Assembly: GCA_021648085.1 (NCBI GenBank)
Contig: JAKITS010000001.1
Span: 682,759 to 746,758, forward strand
Length of the DNA stretch: 64,000 nt
Direction: 5' to 3'
Source of the DNA: Candidatus Magasanikiibacteriota bacterium
GTDB taxonomy: Bacteria; Patescibacteriota; Patescibacteriia; Magasanikbacterales; UBA922
Shown piece by piece: positions 41,139 to 51,780 of the stretch. The position numbers were made by a program, and so were the translations under genes. The notes below the pieces were generated by a model. That model had not been told where the DNA came from. It did not search any database and saw nothing but the letters and a program-made list of their open reading frames with translations. Within the stretch, counting starts at the first letter, position 1. The number at the start of each line of letters is the position of its first letter.

Positions 41139-42512
41139 TTAAGCTTTTTTCTCCTCAGTTGGAGTTTCAACTTTTTCTTCCACAGATTCTTCTTTTACTT
41201 CTTCAGTTGGAGTTTCTTCTACTTTTGATTCTTCTACCACTTCAGTAGGTTTTTCTTCAACTTTTTCTTTTTTAACTTTTTTCTTTTTTACAACTGAAGT
41301 TTCTACAACTTCCTTAGCTTTAAGCTTTTCAGCAGTCACTTCCTCAACTACAACTTCTTTTTTTACTTCTTCAACTTTCTTCTTAGCAGGTTTTACTTCT
41401 TTTTTCTTTTTCTTCAATCCTGCTACACGAAGTCCAAGTCTGTGTTCAGCTGGTTCTATATTTACGATTTCAAAATCATATTCTTTACCAACTTCAAACA
41501 TTACTTCAAGTTCACGACTGTCATGAATTGTTTTATCACTCAATTCAGAAATGTGAGCCAAACCATGAATTTCGTTATCAAGCTTTACCATCAAACCAAA
41601 TGGTTCAACTTTATGAACTTCACCCTTTACAACCTGATCAACCTGATAACGGTCTTTCACAGATTTCCAAGGATCTTCCACCAAACGCTTAACAGAAAGA
41701 TAGATTTTTGATTTATTTAAGTCAATAATTTGAGCTTGGACTTTCTGCCCAACTTTCAAAACATCTCTTGGGTGTTCAATTCTTTGCCATACAATTTCAG
41801 AAATGTGAACCAATCCTTCCAAACCTTCACCAAATTTGATAAATGCACCAAACGATGTCAGCGCACTAACCTCTCCATCTACAATATTTCCAACCTTGTA
41901 AGATTCAAGTACAGCTTTTTGATCATCTTCCCAAACAGCTTTTTCAGAAACGATTAATTTTTCATCTCTTTGGTCAACATCGATAATTTTTACTTGCAAT
42001 GTTTTTCCAATTAAAGCTTTTAAGTGTTCTAAAATACGATCTTTGTCTCCGCCAGGAACACGAGGATAATTTTCTGGACTCAACTGTGATACAGGCAAAA
42101 ATGATACTAACGCATCAACTTGAACCATAAGTCCACCTTTATTTGCTTGCAGTATTTTAGCTGGAACAGTCAAACCACTCTCTACCAAATCTCTCATTTT
42201 ATTCCAAACATTTTCATAACCAGCCACACGAAAAGACAACTCAACTTCACCAGTTTCATTTTCCAATTCTACAACTGATGCTTCAATTTCCTCTCCAACT
42301 TTTAAATTTGAATATACTTCTGATTCAGAAAACAATTCTTTTCCACGAACAATTCCTGTAGTCACTCCGTTTACATCTATCCTTACAGATCCGTTTTCAA
42401 TAGAAATAATTTTACCTTTTACATTGTCTCCTACATCTGGAACATTTGCAAAATAATTGTTTAACAATTCTTCGAAACTTCCACCTTTTTTTGTTTTAGC
42501 TTTTTCAGCCAT
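41139..42512 (-). CDS. rpsA: 30S ribosomal protein S1 with four S1 domains and E/K-rich tail
   Basis: ANKGGL, FGAF, EGLVHISE, GLAHISE. Confidence 0.93.
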   Translation of the reverse strand: MAEKAKTKKGGSFEELLNNYFANVPDVGDNVKGKIISIENGSVRIDVNGVTTGIVRGKELFSESEVYSNLKVGEEIEASVVELENETGEVELSFRVAGYENVWNKMRDLVESGLTVPAKILQANKGGLMVQVDALVSFLPVSQLSPENYPRVPGGDKDRILEHLKALIGKTLQVKIIDVDQRDEKLIVSEKAVWEDDQKAVLESYKVGNIVDGEVSALTSFGAFIKFGEGLEGLVHISEIVWQRIEHPRDVLKVGQKVQAQIIDLNKSKIYLSVKRLVEDPWKSVKDRYQVDQVVKGEVHKVEPFGLMVKLDNEIHGLAHISELSDKTIHDSRELEVMFEVGKEYDFEIVNIEPAEHRLGLRVAGLKKKKKEVKPAKKKVEEVKKEVVVEEVTAEKLKAKEVVETSVVKKKKVKKEKVEEKPTEVVEESKVEETPTEEVKEESVEEKVETPTEEKKA

Positions 42513-42778
42513 ACTAATTAATAATTAAATTTAACCCTTATACATACATGTGTGTGGGTTGCTCCAAATGGAGCTAAATAAATGGAACCTTTGGTAAAAA
42601 TAGCACCGTCACAAAATCTTCAAATTTTGAGCGAGATGAAAAAAAATCTTTGTTCTTTTAAAGTATACAAAATATTTTTTCTTAAAATCATAGCCAAAAT
42701 TTGGAGATTTTAGTAGGTGATGTGTTTACTAAAGGTTCCTGAAGTGCTAACTATAACACAACTCTTGAAAAAAATCAA
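42513..42778 (-). promoter_or_regulatory. rpsA promoter and long structured leader
   Basis: Minus-strand TTGATT-17-TATAGT with extended TG; ~155 nt rod hairpin at 42584-42739. Confidence 0.55.
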
Positions 42779-42907
42779 GTACAACGAACACAGATTGTGT
42801 GCAACATATTCAAAACCGTACTTGCACAGAGTAATAATCTAAGATACAATATGAAAGCAATCAAAAAAATACTTAATTTTTAGCTATTAACTCTTAAATC
42901 TGAATTT

Positions 42908-43522
42908 ATGCATATAACCTGGCTAGGCAGTACTGCTATAAAAATACAGGCAAAACCAAAGCACGATGAAGTATCTATTGTAATAGACCCATACAAACCA
43001 GAAGTTGGAAGTTTTCCAACAAATTTGGCTCCAGATGTGGCTGTTTACACTCAGGGAGATGAAAACTCTATCACAGTTGGTGAAGCTTTTTCACTTTCTA
43101 TGCCTGGAGAAATAGAAATTAAAAATGTTTTAATATCAGCAGTACAAGGAAACAAAGAAAAACAGACAATGATTCGAATAGATGCAGAAAATTTAAGTTT
43201 AGCCCACCTCGGAAAAACAAAAAAGACACTTACAAACACCCAACTTGAAGTTTTGTCTGGTGTGGATATTTTACTTCTTCCAGTTGGTGGTGGAGATGAA
43301 ATGTATACAGCACAAGAAGCTATGAAAGCTGTAAACGCAATAGAGCCTAGAATAATAATTCCCATCGGACACAAAAGTGACAATGATCCAAAAGCAGATG
43401 AAGTTGAGAGGTTTATAAAAGAAATAGGAATAAAAGCAAAAGCAACAGACAAAAAAATAATTATAAAGAAAAAAGACTTGCCAGCAGAAGAAACAGATGT
43501 TTATATACTAACAAAAGAATAG
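42908..43522 (+). CDS. MBL-fold metallo-hydrolase-like protein with degenerate metal motif
   Basis: ITWLG, IDPY, PGE.E, AHLG, DILLLPVGG, PRIIIP; HxHxDH absent. Confidence 0.75.
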   Translation: MHITWLGSTAIKIQAKPKHDEVSIVIDPYKPEVGSFPTNLAPDVAVYTQGDENSITVGEAFSLSMPGEIEIKNVLISAVQGNKEKQTMIRIDAENLSLAHLGKTKKTLTNTQLEVLSGVDILLLPVGGGDEMYTAQEAMKAVNAIEPRIIIPIGHKSDNDPKADEVERFIKEIGIKAKATDKKIIIKKKDLPAEETDVYILTKE

Positions 43523-43523
43523 T

Positions 43524-43928
43524 ATGCCAAGTGCAAACAAATCTACAGATAAAAAAGTAGATTCAATGCCAGGAATAATTGTAGGTCGTATCACAAAAGA
43601 AACAGTTTCAAAAGAGAACTCAAAAAAAATACTTAAAAAGAAAAAAATTATACTTTGGGTATCTGTAATTTCAATAAGTTGTGTTATTCTTATTATGTGG
43701 ATTTTAAACATGAGTATACTTTTCTTCGATATAGATTTTCAAGAAAAAACAGAAGAAGGCATGTTTAAAACTGCAAAGTTTGAATTTAACACAACAATGG
43801 ATGAATTTCTTTTGAAAGATGAAAATGGTAAAAATAAAAATATAATAACCGAGATAGAAAAAACCTTGGAACAAATTGTAAGTAGCACAACACAAACCGC
43901 AACAAGTTCTGAAGAAAATATAGAATAA
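43524..43928 (+). CDS. Single-TM hypothetical protein
   Basis: One hydrophobic helix; tightly packed between the MBL gene and gyrA. Confidence 0.65.
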   Translation: MPSANKSTDKKVDSMPGIIVGRITKETVSKENSKKILKKKKIILWVSVISISCVILIMWILNMSILFFDIDFQEKTEEGMFKTAKFEFNTTMDEFLLKDENGKNKNIITEIEKTLEQIVSSTTQTATSSEENIE

Positions 43929-43931
43929 AAT

Positions 43932-46463
43932 ATGCCAAAAAAACAAGAAGAGTTGAGCGTAAAACCACAAAACATAAAACCAATAGAATTGGTAAAAGAA
44001 ATGGAAACATCTTATTTGCAATATGCAATGAGTGTTATTGTCTCTCGTGCATTACCAGATGTTCGCGACGGATTAAAACCTGTTCACAGAAGGATTTTGT
44101 ACGCAATGTGGGGAATTGGACTAAAACATAATGCAAGATTTAGAAAATCTGCCCACGTAGTTGGAGAAGTGATGGCAAAATACCACCCTCACGGAGACTC
44201 CGCTATCTATGATTCTATGGTTCGTATGGCGCAAGACTTTAGTATGCGTTATCAATTGGTAAATGGACAAGGAAACTTTGGGTCATTAGATGGCGACTCT
44301 GCTGCTGCTATGCGTTATACCGAGGCAAAACTTCAAGCAATTGCAGAAGAGCTTCTTTTTGATATAGAAAAAGACACTGTAGATTTCAAAGCAACTTATG
44401 ACGGATCTCACAGAGAACCTCGTGTATTACCAGCCAAATTACCAAACCTTCTTTTGACAGGAAGTATGGGAATTGCAGTTGGAATGGCAACTAATATTCC
44501 ACCGCACAACCTTACCGAACTTTGTGATGGAATAACACATTTAATAGAAAACTCAAACGCAACAATAGAAGACTTAAATAAAATTATAAAAGGACCAGAC
44601 TTCCCTACCGGAGGTATTATTTACGATAAAAAAGATATTGCTGTAGCATACGCCACAGGAAAAGGTGGTGTTGTAATGCGTGCAAAAATAGACACAGAAG
44701 AAAAAAAACCAGGTTATCATCAAATTATTGTTAGAGAAATTCCATATCAAGTAAATAAATCTAGGTTAATAGAAAAAATTGCAAATCTTGTTCAAGAAAA
44801 GAAAATGACAGACATAAAAGACTTACGTGATGAATCTAACAAAGATGGAATTCGGATTGTAATTGAGTTGAAAAGAGATGCTTTTCCAAAAAAAGTTTTA
44901 AATAAATTATATAAACTTACAGATCTACAAACAAAATTCCATTTCAATATGCTTGCACTTGTAGATGGAATTCAACCAAGAATTTTGAACCTAAAAACAA
45001 TTTTAGAAGAACACATAAAACACAGACAAGTCGTGGTTGTTCGCAGAGCTGAATTTGAACTTGCAAAAGCAAGAGCCAGGGCTCATATTTTGGAAGGTTT
45101 GAAAAAAGCATTGGATAAAATAGACGAGGTAATAAAAATTATCAAAAAATCCAAAAACAAAGAGGAAGCTAAACAAAACTTGATGGCAAAATTTAAATTT
45201 AGTGAACTTCAAACTATTGCTATTTTGGATATGCGTTTGCAACAATTAGCAAACCTGGAACGCCAAAAAATTGAAAATGAGTTGAAAGAAAAAATGGTAA
45301 TTATCAAAAAATTGGAAGGAATTTTGAATAGTCCAAAAAAGATATTAGGCATTATTAAAACAGAAATTTCAGAAATAAAAGAAAAATTTGGTGATACAAG
45401 AAGAACAAAAATTGTAGCTCACGGCGTAAAAGAGTTCAGAATTGAAGACTTAATTCCAAACGAACCAACTCTTATTATCGCTACACGCGACGGATATATA
45501 AAAAGACTAGATCCGAACTCATTTAAAACTCAAGGTCGCGGAGGAAAAGGGGTCATTGGGTTAGCGACAAAAGAAGAAGATGTTGTAGAGCATTTAATTT
45601 CCACATACACTCACGACAGACTATTACTTTTTACCAGCAAAGGACAAGTTTTCCAACTTTATGCTCATGAAATTCCACAAACAACAAGAACCTCCAGAGG
45701 TAATGCTTTAGTAAATTTCTTACAACTATCCCCTCGCGACAAAGTCACATCAATCCTTTCAATGGATGATATAAATAAGTACAAATTCCTAATAATGACA
45801 ACAACGAAAGGAACTTCAAAAAAGACAAAAATTAAAGATTTTGAGACAGTGAGAAAATCTGGTTTAATTGCAATTAAATTGAAAGATGGCGACAGACTTG
45901 AGTGGGTTCGTCCATCTAGTGGAAAAGATGATGTTGCAATTGTCACCAAAAAAGGTCAAGCAATTCGATTTAAAGAAAAAGACCTAAGACCAATGGGTCG
46001 TGCTGCAGCTGGTGTTAGAGGAATAAGACTAAAAACAGATGACGAAGTTGTAGGAATGAATGTGGTCACACTAGAATCAATAGAACAGAGTGATGCACTT
46101 CTTTTGGTAGTTTCAGAGCTTGGTAGAGGAAAAAAGACAGCTCTCAAATATTACAAAGTTCAAAAAAGAGGTGGTAGTGGAATAAAAACAATGGCAATCA
46201 CTCAAAGAACCGGACAAATTGTAAAAGCCAAAGTTCTAAGAAAAAGTGCAAAAGACGATCTACTTATAATCACAGTAAAAGGACAAATAATTCGAATCCC
46301 TTTGAAAAGTGTCTCTACACTTGGACGCGCAACCCAAGGTGTAAGAATTATGAAATTCAAAGCGGTTGGAGACAAAGTAGTGAGTTTGGCGCTACTAGAA
46401 AAAGCAAATCCAAAAGAAAACCTTGCACTTCCACTTGTAAAAAAAGAAGGAACGAAGAAATGA
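43932..46463 (+). CDS. gyrA: DNA gyrase subunit A
   Basis: [30 protein letters not shown], GyrA-box QGRGGKG. Confidence 0.98.
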   Translation: MPKKQEELSVKPQNIKPIELVKEMETSYLQYAMSVIVSRALPDVRDGLKPVHRRILYAMWGIGLKHNARFRKSAHVVGEVMAKYHPHGDSAIYDSMVRMAQDFSMRYQLVNGQGNFGSLDGDSAAAMRYTEAKLQAIAEELLFDIEKDTVDFKATYDGSHREPRVLPAKLPNLLLTGSMGIAVGMATNIPPHNLTELCDGITHLIENSNATIEDLNKIIKGPDFPTGGIIYDKKDIAVAYATGKGGVVMRAKIDTEEKKPGYHQIIVREIPYQVNKSRLIEKIANLVQEKKMTDIKDLRDESNKDGIRIVIELKRDAFPKKVLNKLYKLTDLQTKFHFNMLALVDGIQPRILNLKTILEEHIKHRQVVVVRRAEFELAKARARAHILEGLKKALDKIDEVIKIIKKSKNKEEAKQNLMAKFKFSELQTIAILDMRLQQLANLERQKIENELKEKMVIIKKLEGILNSPKKILGIIKTEISEIKEKFGDTRRTKIVAHGVKEFRIEDLIPNEPTLIIATRDGYIKRLDPNSFKTQGRGGKGVIGLATKEEDVVEHLISTYTHDRLLLFTSKGQVFQLYAHEIPQTTRTSRGNALVNFLQLSPRDKVTSILSMDDINKYKFLIMTTTKGTSKKTKIKDFETVRKSGLIAIKLKDGDRLEWVRPSSGKDDVAIVTKKGQAIRFKEKDLRPMGRAAAGVRGIRLKTDDEVVGMNVVTLESIEQSDALLLVVSELGRGKKTALKYYKVQKRGGSGIKTMAITQRTGQIVKAKVLRKSAKDDLLIITVKGQIIRIPLKSVSTLGRATQGVRIMKFKAVGDKVVSLALLEKANPKENLALPLVKKEGTKK

Positions 46464-46624
46464 TGATAAATCGTTAACGCTCGATGGATCATTCGCTTCG
46501 CTCATTTGATAAATCGAAAAACCATGTTTTTCTTGATGCATAACTTCGCTTGAATAAAGAATTTAGGGATATTTTATAATAATTACTACCGTACCGAGGC
46601 AAGTCTCACTGTATTACTATGAAT

Positions 46625-46663
46625 AAAACAAAAAACGCTATTTAAATAGCGTTTTTTGTTTTA
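46625..46663. terminator. Bidirectional terminator
   Basis: AAAACAAAAAACGCTATTTAAATAGCGTTTTTTGTTTT palindrome between convergent genes. Confidence 0.75.
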
Positions 46664-46715
46664 TATTTTTTTACTTACTCTACCTAATCTGCTTTTTTGT
46701 CTGTCTCATTTTTTC

Positions 46716-47120
46716 TTAGGCTGCCATTCTGTCATCTGTAGAAAGGCTTTCAATTGTTTTTCTTAATTCAGCTATAGTTGCTTCTGTTTCAACTTTTATT
46801 CTATTACTCCTTGCTTCTATTTCTGCTTTTTTTATACCTTCTCCTCGTTTTTTAATTTCTTTGTTTTTCCTTTCTGATTCTACTTCCCTCTCTTTTCTTT
46901 CACGAACAAGTTTTTCCATTGGAGTTTCACTTTCCGCTTGTTCCATTTCTTTTAATCGTTCTTCACCAACCTCTAATTTAGTCAACCTTTCTGAACTTTC
47001 AGCATCTACTTGTTCTTGTTTTACTTTAGCCTCCAAAGCTTGGGACTCTGGAGAATTTGGATCAAGAGCCTCGCCAATTTCTCTTTTATTTACACCTCTG
47101 ATAAAACCTCTTCCCTCCAT
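46716..47120 (-). CDS. E/K/R-rich coiled-coil hypothetical protein
   Basis: 134-aa ORF immediately downstream of ruvA. Confidence 0.6.
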   Translation of the reverse strand: MEGRGFIRGVNKREIGEALDPNSPESQALEAKVKQEQVDAESSERLTKLEVGEERLKEMEQAESETPMEKLVRERKEREVESERKNKEIKKRGEGIKKAEIEARSNRIKVETEATIAELRKTIESLSTDDRMAA

Positions 47121-47124
47121 ATAT

Positions 47125-47703
47125 TTATCTACTTAAAAGTTTTAATGCTTCACGAAGTAATGCTTCGCTGTTTTTGTTTGGATCTTTAATTCGTTTCGCG
47201 GCAGCGCGCGCTTCTGCTTTGGAATACCCCATTGAAACAAGCCCATCTACCACATCAGCCAAAGCTCCATTATCAGCTTCCATTTCTCCAGCGTCTACCA
47301 ACTTCTCTATTTTACTTCTTAGCTCCACTATCATCCTCTCAGCCGTCTTCTTCCCTATTCCACTCACTTGCGTTAGATAACTTACATCTTTTCTAGCTAT
47401 TGCAGATGAAATTTCCTTTATACTTCCAAGTGTCAAAATATGCAAACCACTTTTTGGACCAACTCCAGACACAGATATTAAAAGTTCGAAAAAACCTTTT
47501 TGTTCTAAACTTTCAAATCCATACAAATCCAAAGCATTTTCTGCAACTTTCAAAAATGTGAATAATTCTACTTTATCCCCAATGTTTTTCTGCACCAAAA
47601 AAGTCGGCACAACTCTTATTTCATACCCAACCCCCTCTCCAGCCAATACCACAAAAGAAGTTTTAGTCTTCCCAATCAATTTTCCACTCAAAAATGCAAT
47701 CAT
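47125..47703 (-). CDS. ruvA: Holliday junction branch migration protein RuvA
   Basis: GVGYE, LYGF, VSGVGPK, GIGKKTAER, LVSMGY. Confidence 0.96.
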   Translation of the reverse strand: MIAFLSGKLIGKTKTSFVVLAGEGVGYEIRVVPTFLVQKNIGDKVELFTFLKVAENALDLYGFESLEQKGFFELLISVSGVGPKSGLHILTLGSIKEISSAIARKDVSYLTQVSGIGKKTAERMIVELRSKIEKLVDAGEMEADNGALADVVDGLVSMGYSKAEARAAAKRIKDPNKNSEALLREALKLLSR

Positions 47704-47809
47704 AATTTTTTTTAAGAGTTTCTATTGTAAACCCCACTATATTGTATCTTTATTCCAACTTTTGGTCAAAAATAAAAGAGCAGGGATAAACCGCCACTCT
47801 TTGTTTTTA

Positions 47810-48055
47810 TTATGCAATTATACTTTCGCAAACTACAGACATTTTTTTTAGATCTTCCACTTCCCTCATAAAAAATTCAAAAGTAAAACCTATTTTAATA
47901 GCTAAAAATGAACAATCTTCTTTTCCTGAAAACCCATAAGTTTTAGAAATACCTTGCAAAGCCTCGGTCCACAAATTATGTAAACCTACTTCACATACTA
48001 AATTTAAAGACTTTAAATAAGTATTTCTAAGAATCTCCTTTCTTTTTATATTCAT
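47810..48055 (-). CDS. Small orphan protein; start moved to ATG 48055
   Basis: Minus-strand TTGACA 48110-48105, AAAAGGAGG SD, terminator at about 47775-47805. Confidence 0.5.
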   Translation of the reverse strand: MNIKRKEILRNTYLKSLNLVCEVGLHNLWTEALQGISKTYGFSGKEDCSFLAIKIGFTFEFFMREVEDLKKMSVVCESIIA

Positions 48056-48119
48056 CCAAACCTCCTTTTGAAGATTAATACATTTAACCATAAAATAACT
48101 TAAATGTCAATAGCAAACC

Positions 48120-49457
48120 TTACAAATTCGCAGATTCATTAAATTTATTATAAAGACTTATATTTCTTTTTTGTAAAATTTTTCTAATTTCATCTGCCAA
48201 TATCTTTTTTTCTTCCTCATTTTCAACAAAATTATCTAACTCACTAGCTAAAAAATATCCTATTAAACTTTCGTCCGGTGGAAGCATTCTATTTGTAGTC
48301 AAATTTGCATAAAATTTATTTGCGATTAAATCGTCTACTTCACCAGATTTTATAGCTTCAAATAAACTTTGAACTGGTATCCTCATTTCATTATTAAACT
48401 TTTGTGTCATTTTTCTTTTTTCTAACATATCAAAATGACGACTTAGTTTTGTTCCTAAAATATTTTTTTTCTTTTTTTTTGTTCCAGCTTCAGACCGGTC
48501 TTCTGCAATATCTTGCCAAAATTCTACAAAACCAGTATCTCTATTAAATTCTCCTCCTTTTAAATTACTATAATAAGGGTCTGTTACTTTTTTATCATTA
48601 AGTCCCATACCAAAATCTATTACAAAAACATCTCCATTTTTATCCATCATTATGTTTCTTTCATGTAAATCACGGTGATAAATTCCATTTTCATTTAACA
48701 ATTTAATAGTGTTGGCAATTTTTGAAAAAAAATCTTCAGGCAAACGAAATTCAGAACCCTCCCCCTTTTTACCCTTACCAATTCCAAAAAAATCTACCAC
48801 TTTTGCTACATTTTCTCTATCCAACAATTCTTTTCCTCCCCCTGTTGTACCAGACTTTGAAAATTTTAGTGCAACTTGAACCTCATAAGCCAACTGTTTA
48901 AAAGATGTATTTTCTAATTTTAAATCTATAAGTTTTGGATGTCTTTTTGCAACCTCTTCAAATAAAATTGTGTTAAAATCCTTTCCATCAACCGCATCCA
49001 TAATAATAACATTTAGACTTCCCCCTTCTCTCGCTGGAACACCATAATTAGACAAAGTCTCTGCTAATTCTGCGTCTAAATCTTTTAAATTATAATTAAT
49101 ATGTGCTTGTGGAATTTTTGCATATTCCTCGACTTTATCCGGACTACTTTCAAAAATACTATTCAACACATCATACGCACTAGACATAACATTAAATTCA
49201 TTAGTTGCTTCCGTAACAGAGTCTATTTTAAATATTTTAGACACAAGTGACTGTCCTTCAAATTTTGGGTTAACATTTTTAATTTCTTCATCCAAAACTC
49301 CTCCCTCAACCCTCACAATTACACCGTTATTACCTTCATTTATTTTTACACCTTCTTTTAGAGCTTTAACCAATAATTCTCTAAAAATAGCCTCTTTTAC
49401 TTCTTTCGATTCTTTTTGTATTTGTAAAGCTCTTTCATTTCTATTATTTTCTGACAT
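48120..49457 (-). CDS. Protein kinase-like domain protein
   Basis: INEGNNG.I, SKI, HRDLHERNIM catalytic loop, IDFG. Confidence 0.8.
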   Translation of the reverse strand: MSENNRNERALQIQKESKEVKEAIFRELLVKALKEGVKINEGNNGVIVRVEGGVLDEEIKNVNPKFEGQSLVSKIFKIDSVTEATNEFNVMSSAYDVLNSIFESSPDKVEEYAKIPQAHINYNLKDLDAELAETLSNYGVPAREGGSLNVIIMDAVDGKDFNTILFEEVAKRHPKLIDLKLENTSFKQLAYEVQVALKFSKSGTTGGGKELLDRENVAKVVDFFGIGKGKKGEGSEFRLPEDFFSKIANTIKLLNENGIYHRDLHERNIMMDKNGDVFVIDFGMGLNDKKVTDPYYSNLKGGEFNRDTGFVEFWQDIAEDRSEAGTKKKKKNILGTKLSRHFDMLEKRKMTQKFNNEMRIPVQSLFEAIKSGEVDDLIANKFYANLTTNRMLPPDESLIGYFLASELDNFVENEEEKKILADEIRKILQKRNISLYNKFNESANL

Positions 49458-49590
49458 ATAAAATAAATTAACCTAATTTAAGCCAAAATACTTGACAAAA
49501 CACCCAAAATATGCTATAATTATAAGATTCCTTTCGGTATAGTTCCGTCTGGATGTCCTTTTTACAACATGCCCACAAAAGGAGGCAAGT

Positions 49591-50289
49591 GTGGGAGAAG
49601 TAAGGGTATGGCCCAAAATTTGTCATAGAAAAATTGGCGAGTTGACTTTGCACGAGCAAAGTCAACTCACTTTAATTGTAAAACAAAACTACCCAGATTG
49701 CAAAGAGCAAGCTGGGGATTTCGAGGAGGTATTGGAAGAAAAGCAAGGCGAAGTCACCTATTTGGAGACAAATAGTGAGATTGAAGCCTTTTTCTACACA
49801 GAAAACTTGGGCAAAGCTGGGGTTCAATTCCGATTCGTGAATGTCAAAAAAGACAGTCAGCGAAATGGACTCGGACAAAAGCTTATCGAGTTAATGGCTC
49901 AAAAAATTGAAACAACCCGCATTATAGGTTGCGTCGTCGTTGGCAATGCAATCGGCGAGCAGTATGTGGATGCTGGTTGTGTTATTAATGGTATCGAGGA
50001 GATTGAAGAAGGTGTTACGGTTTTTAACTTAGTTGGAAGCCGTGAAATGAACTCTTTATTTACCACAAAAATGTGGGGAATAAGGGAATTTGTAAAAACC
50101 TTTGATCGCCAAAAGAAGGAAGTGACAAGATTTTTACTGGAAGAAAATGAGCAAGTAATTGTTCGTGAATATTCCAGAAAAAAAGAAGCCATTCAGGAGA
50201 CAAGAGAACTCCTGAAAAGAGGCTATTTCGGAACTATCTACATAGTAGATAGCGAAGAAGAAATGATCATTTGCTTCGAAAAAATTTGA
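49591..50289 (+). CDS. Orphan GNAT-family acetyltransferase-like protein
   Basis: V...QRNGLGQKL acetyl-CoA motif; TTGACA 49492/TATAAT, AAAAGGAGG SD, terminator at about 50309-50342. Confidence 0.65.
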   Translation: MGEVRVWPKICHRKIGELTLHEQSQLTLIVKQNYPDCKEQAGDFEEVLEEKQGEVTYLETNSEIEAFFYTENLGKAGVQFRFVNVKKDSQRNGLGQKLIELMAQKIETTRIIGCVVVGNAIGEQYVDAGCVINGIEEIEEGVTVFNLVGSREMNSLFTTKMWGIREFVKTFDRQKKEVTRFLLEENEQVIVREYSRKKEAIQETRELLKRGYFGTIYIVDSEEEMIICFEKI

Positions 50290-50341
50290 TTTCTTGCGTG
50301 TTTTTACCAGCCGTTCTCACACTTTAGTGAGAACGGCTTTT

Positions 50342-51124
50342 TTATTTACTTGAATGCTCCCAAATAAAACCAAAAAGCTGCTTATAAAAAGTATAGACTT
50401 CCCTATCTTCTATTATAAAAGTGACCAATTTTCCCTCTCTTAAACTCAAAATGCCGACTTTATCTTCATAAATAAGCAAAAATAAGAATAAGTCTTTAAA
50501 CCTTTCTGGCAAAAATTTTACTTTTGTAAACTCTCCTGGTTTAATTTTTTTATAAGATTTCCTTGCAAAAGGTGTATCTACAGACAATAAATCCATTTTT
50601 ATACCCTGTTTTAGACGCACTTTTGTAAATTTATTCACCAATTCAGAAAAATTCTTGTCTAATACATCTTTATTTACAATACTTAAAATCTTCTTTCTGG
50701 GCTTCAAACTATCGTCCAAAGCCTCTTTTAACCCCTTTTTACCCTCAAAAAACCTAACATTTGGCTTATCTTGCCCCAAACGATACAAAGACTGCAAATC
50801 AAACAAATTACTATTTAATATCTTCTTTTTTGCCAACACCTCTGTTTCTTCTACTTTTAGCAAGTTTTTTAAATTGTCCGGTGGTAGTGAATTATATACA
50901 GTTTTCCCAGAATCTTTACTCTTTTTCAACAAACCTTTTTCATTTAATCCATCCAACACATAATAAAGCAGAGTTCTGGAAAGATCTATGTTTTTTTGTA
51001 AAATTTTTATATTAGTGTTTGCGTTTTTGAGCAAAAATTCATAAACCATCGCTTCGTTTTTACTGAGCCCCAAGCTAACCAATGTTTTTTGGGTTGTATT
51101 TACTTTTTTATTACTTTTTGACAT
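50342..51124 (-). CDS. TrmB-family transcriptional regulator
   Basis: LGLS.NE..VY..LL HTH, RT..Y..L..L..KGL, VRFFEG..G, IYEDKV, F...W C-terminus. Confidence 0.85.
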   Translation of the reverse strand: MSKSNKKVNTTQKTLVSLGLSKNEAMVYEFLLKNANTNIKILQKNIDLSRTLLYYVLDGLNEKGLLKKSKDSGKTVYNSLPPDNLKNLLKVEETEVLAKKKILNSNLFDLQSLYRLGQDKPNVRFFEGKKGLKEALDDSLKPRKKILSIVNKDVLDKNFSELVNKFTKVRLKQGIKMDLLSVDTPFARKSYKKIKPGEFTKVKFLPERFKDLFLFLLIYEDKVGILSLREGKLVTFIIEDREVYTFYKQLFGFIWEHSSK

Positions 51125-51156
51125 ATTTTTTATTGTTTATAGTAGTATTATAAATA

Positions 51157-51266
51157 ATAATACCATATTTTTCTTATTTTGTCAAATTTAGTTTGACATT
51201 TTTTACTATCACAAATACTTATTTTGTCTACAAAGACTTGACAAAGTTTTATTTTTATGATATTGT
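51157..51266. promoter_or_regulatory. Divergent sigma70 promoters, each overlapped by a TGTC-N11-GACA operator
   Basis: Operators 51180-51198 and 51225-51243; minus TTGACA-17-TATTAT; plus TTGACA(51238)-17-TATTGT. Confidence 0.7.
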
Positions 51267-51272
51267 TGCTCT

Positions 51273-51780
51273 TGTTCATAACGCAAAAGCTTGTCAAGTC
51301 GCAGCGGATCTAAGTCATTTAAGCATCCGTACATGTTTGACTTACACACAAGTAAACACGCTTTGAACATTTCAAAAAATGTTTGCAAGGATTTTATCCA
51401 AAACAAACATCAAATGTCATATTGGTGATACTTGCCCTTTTTGGGCAGTATCGTTTCAAACACCTATTGAGCTGGAGAACTTAATAAGTGTTTGAAACGA
51501 TGCTATTCAAAAAAACACCTCCCCAATTACTAATTAAACAAAAAATATGGTTTTCCCAGCAGAACTTATCTCATTATTTTAAACAAAAGAAGATAGTATA
51601 AACCTTTCTCCACTTAATTGAATCCTTGAGTTATTCAAGGATTCAACAGAGTCTAGTTTTAAACATTAGTCAAAAACAATTTTCCGCTTAATTTGTGTAA
51701 GAAATATACAAATTAAACTGGAAATGGTTTCCAAAAAGGTGTCCCTCCCTTTGAGTGATAATAAAAAAAAGGAGGTTTAA
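51273..51780 (+). ncRNA. Putative ~500 nt structured RNA or leader of unknown family
   Basis: Nested rod 51273-51369, 34-bp stem 51438-51513 with G-U pairs, perfect 12-bp stem 51618-51646, further hairpins. Confidence 0.5.

Noticed and set aside
42584-42739. 6S RNA call for the rod hairpin
   Set aside because: No large central bubble is visible; left as an unassigned leader structure
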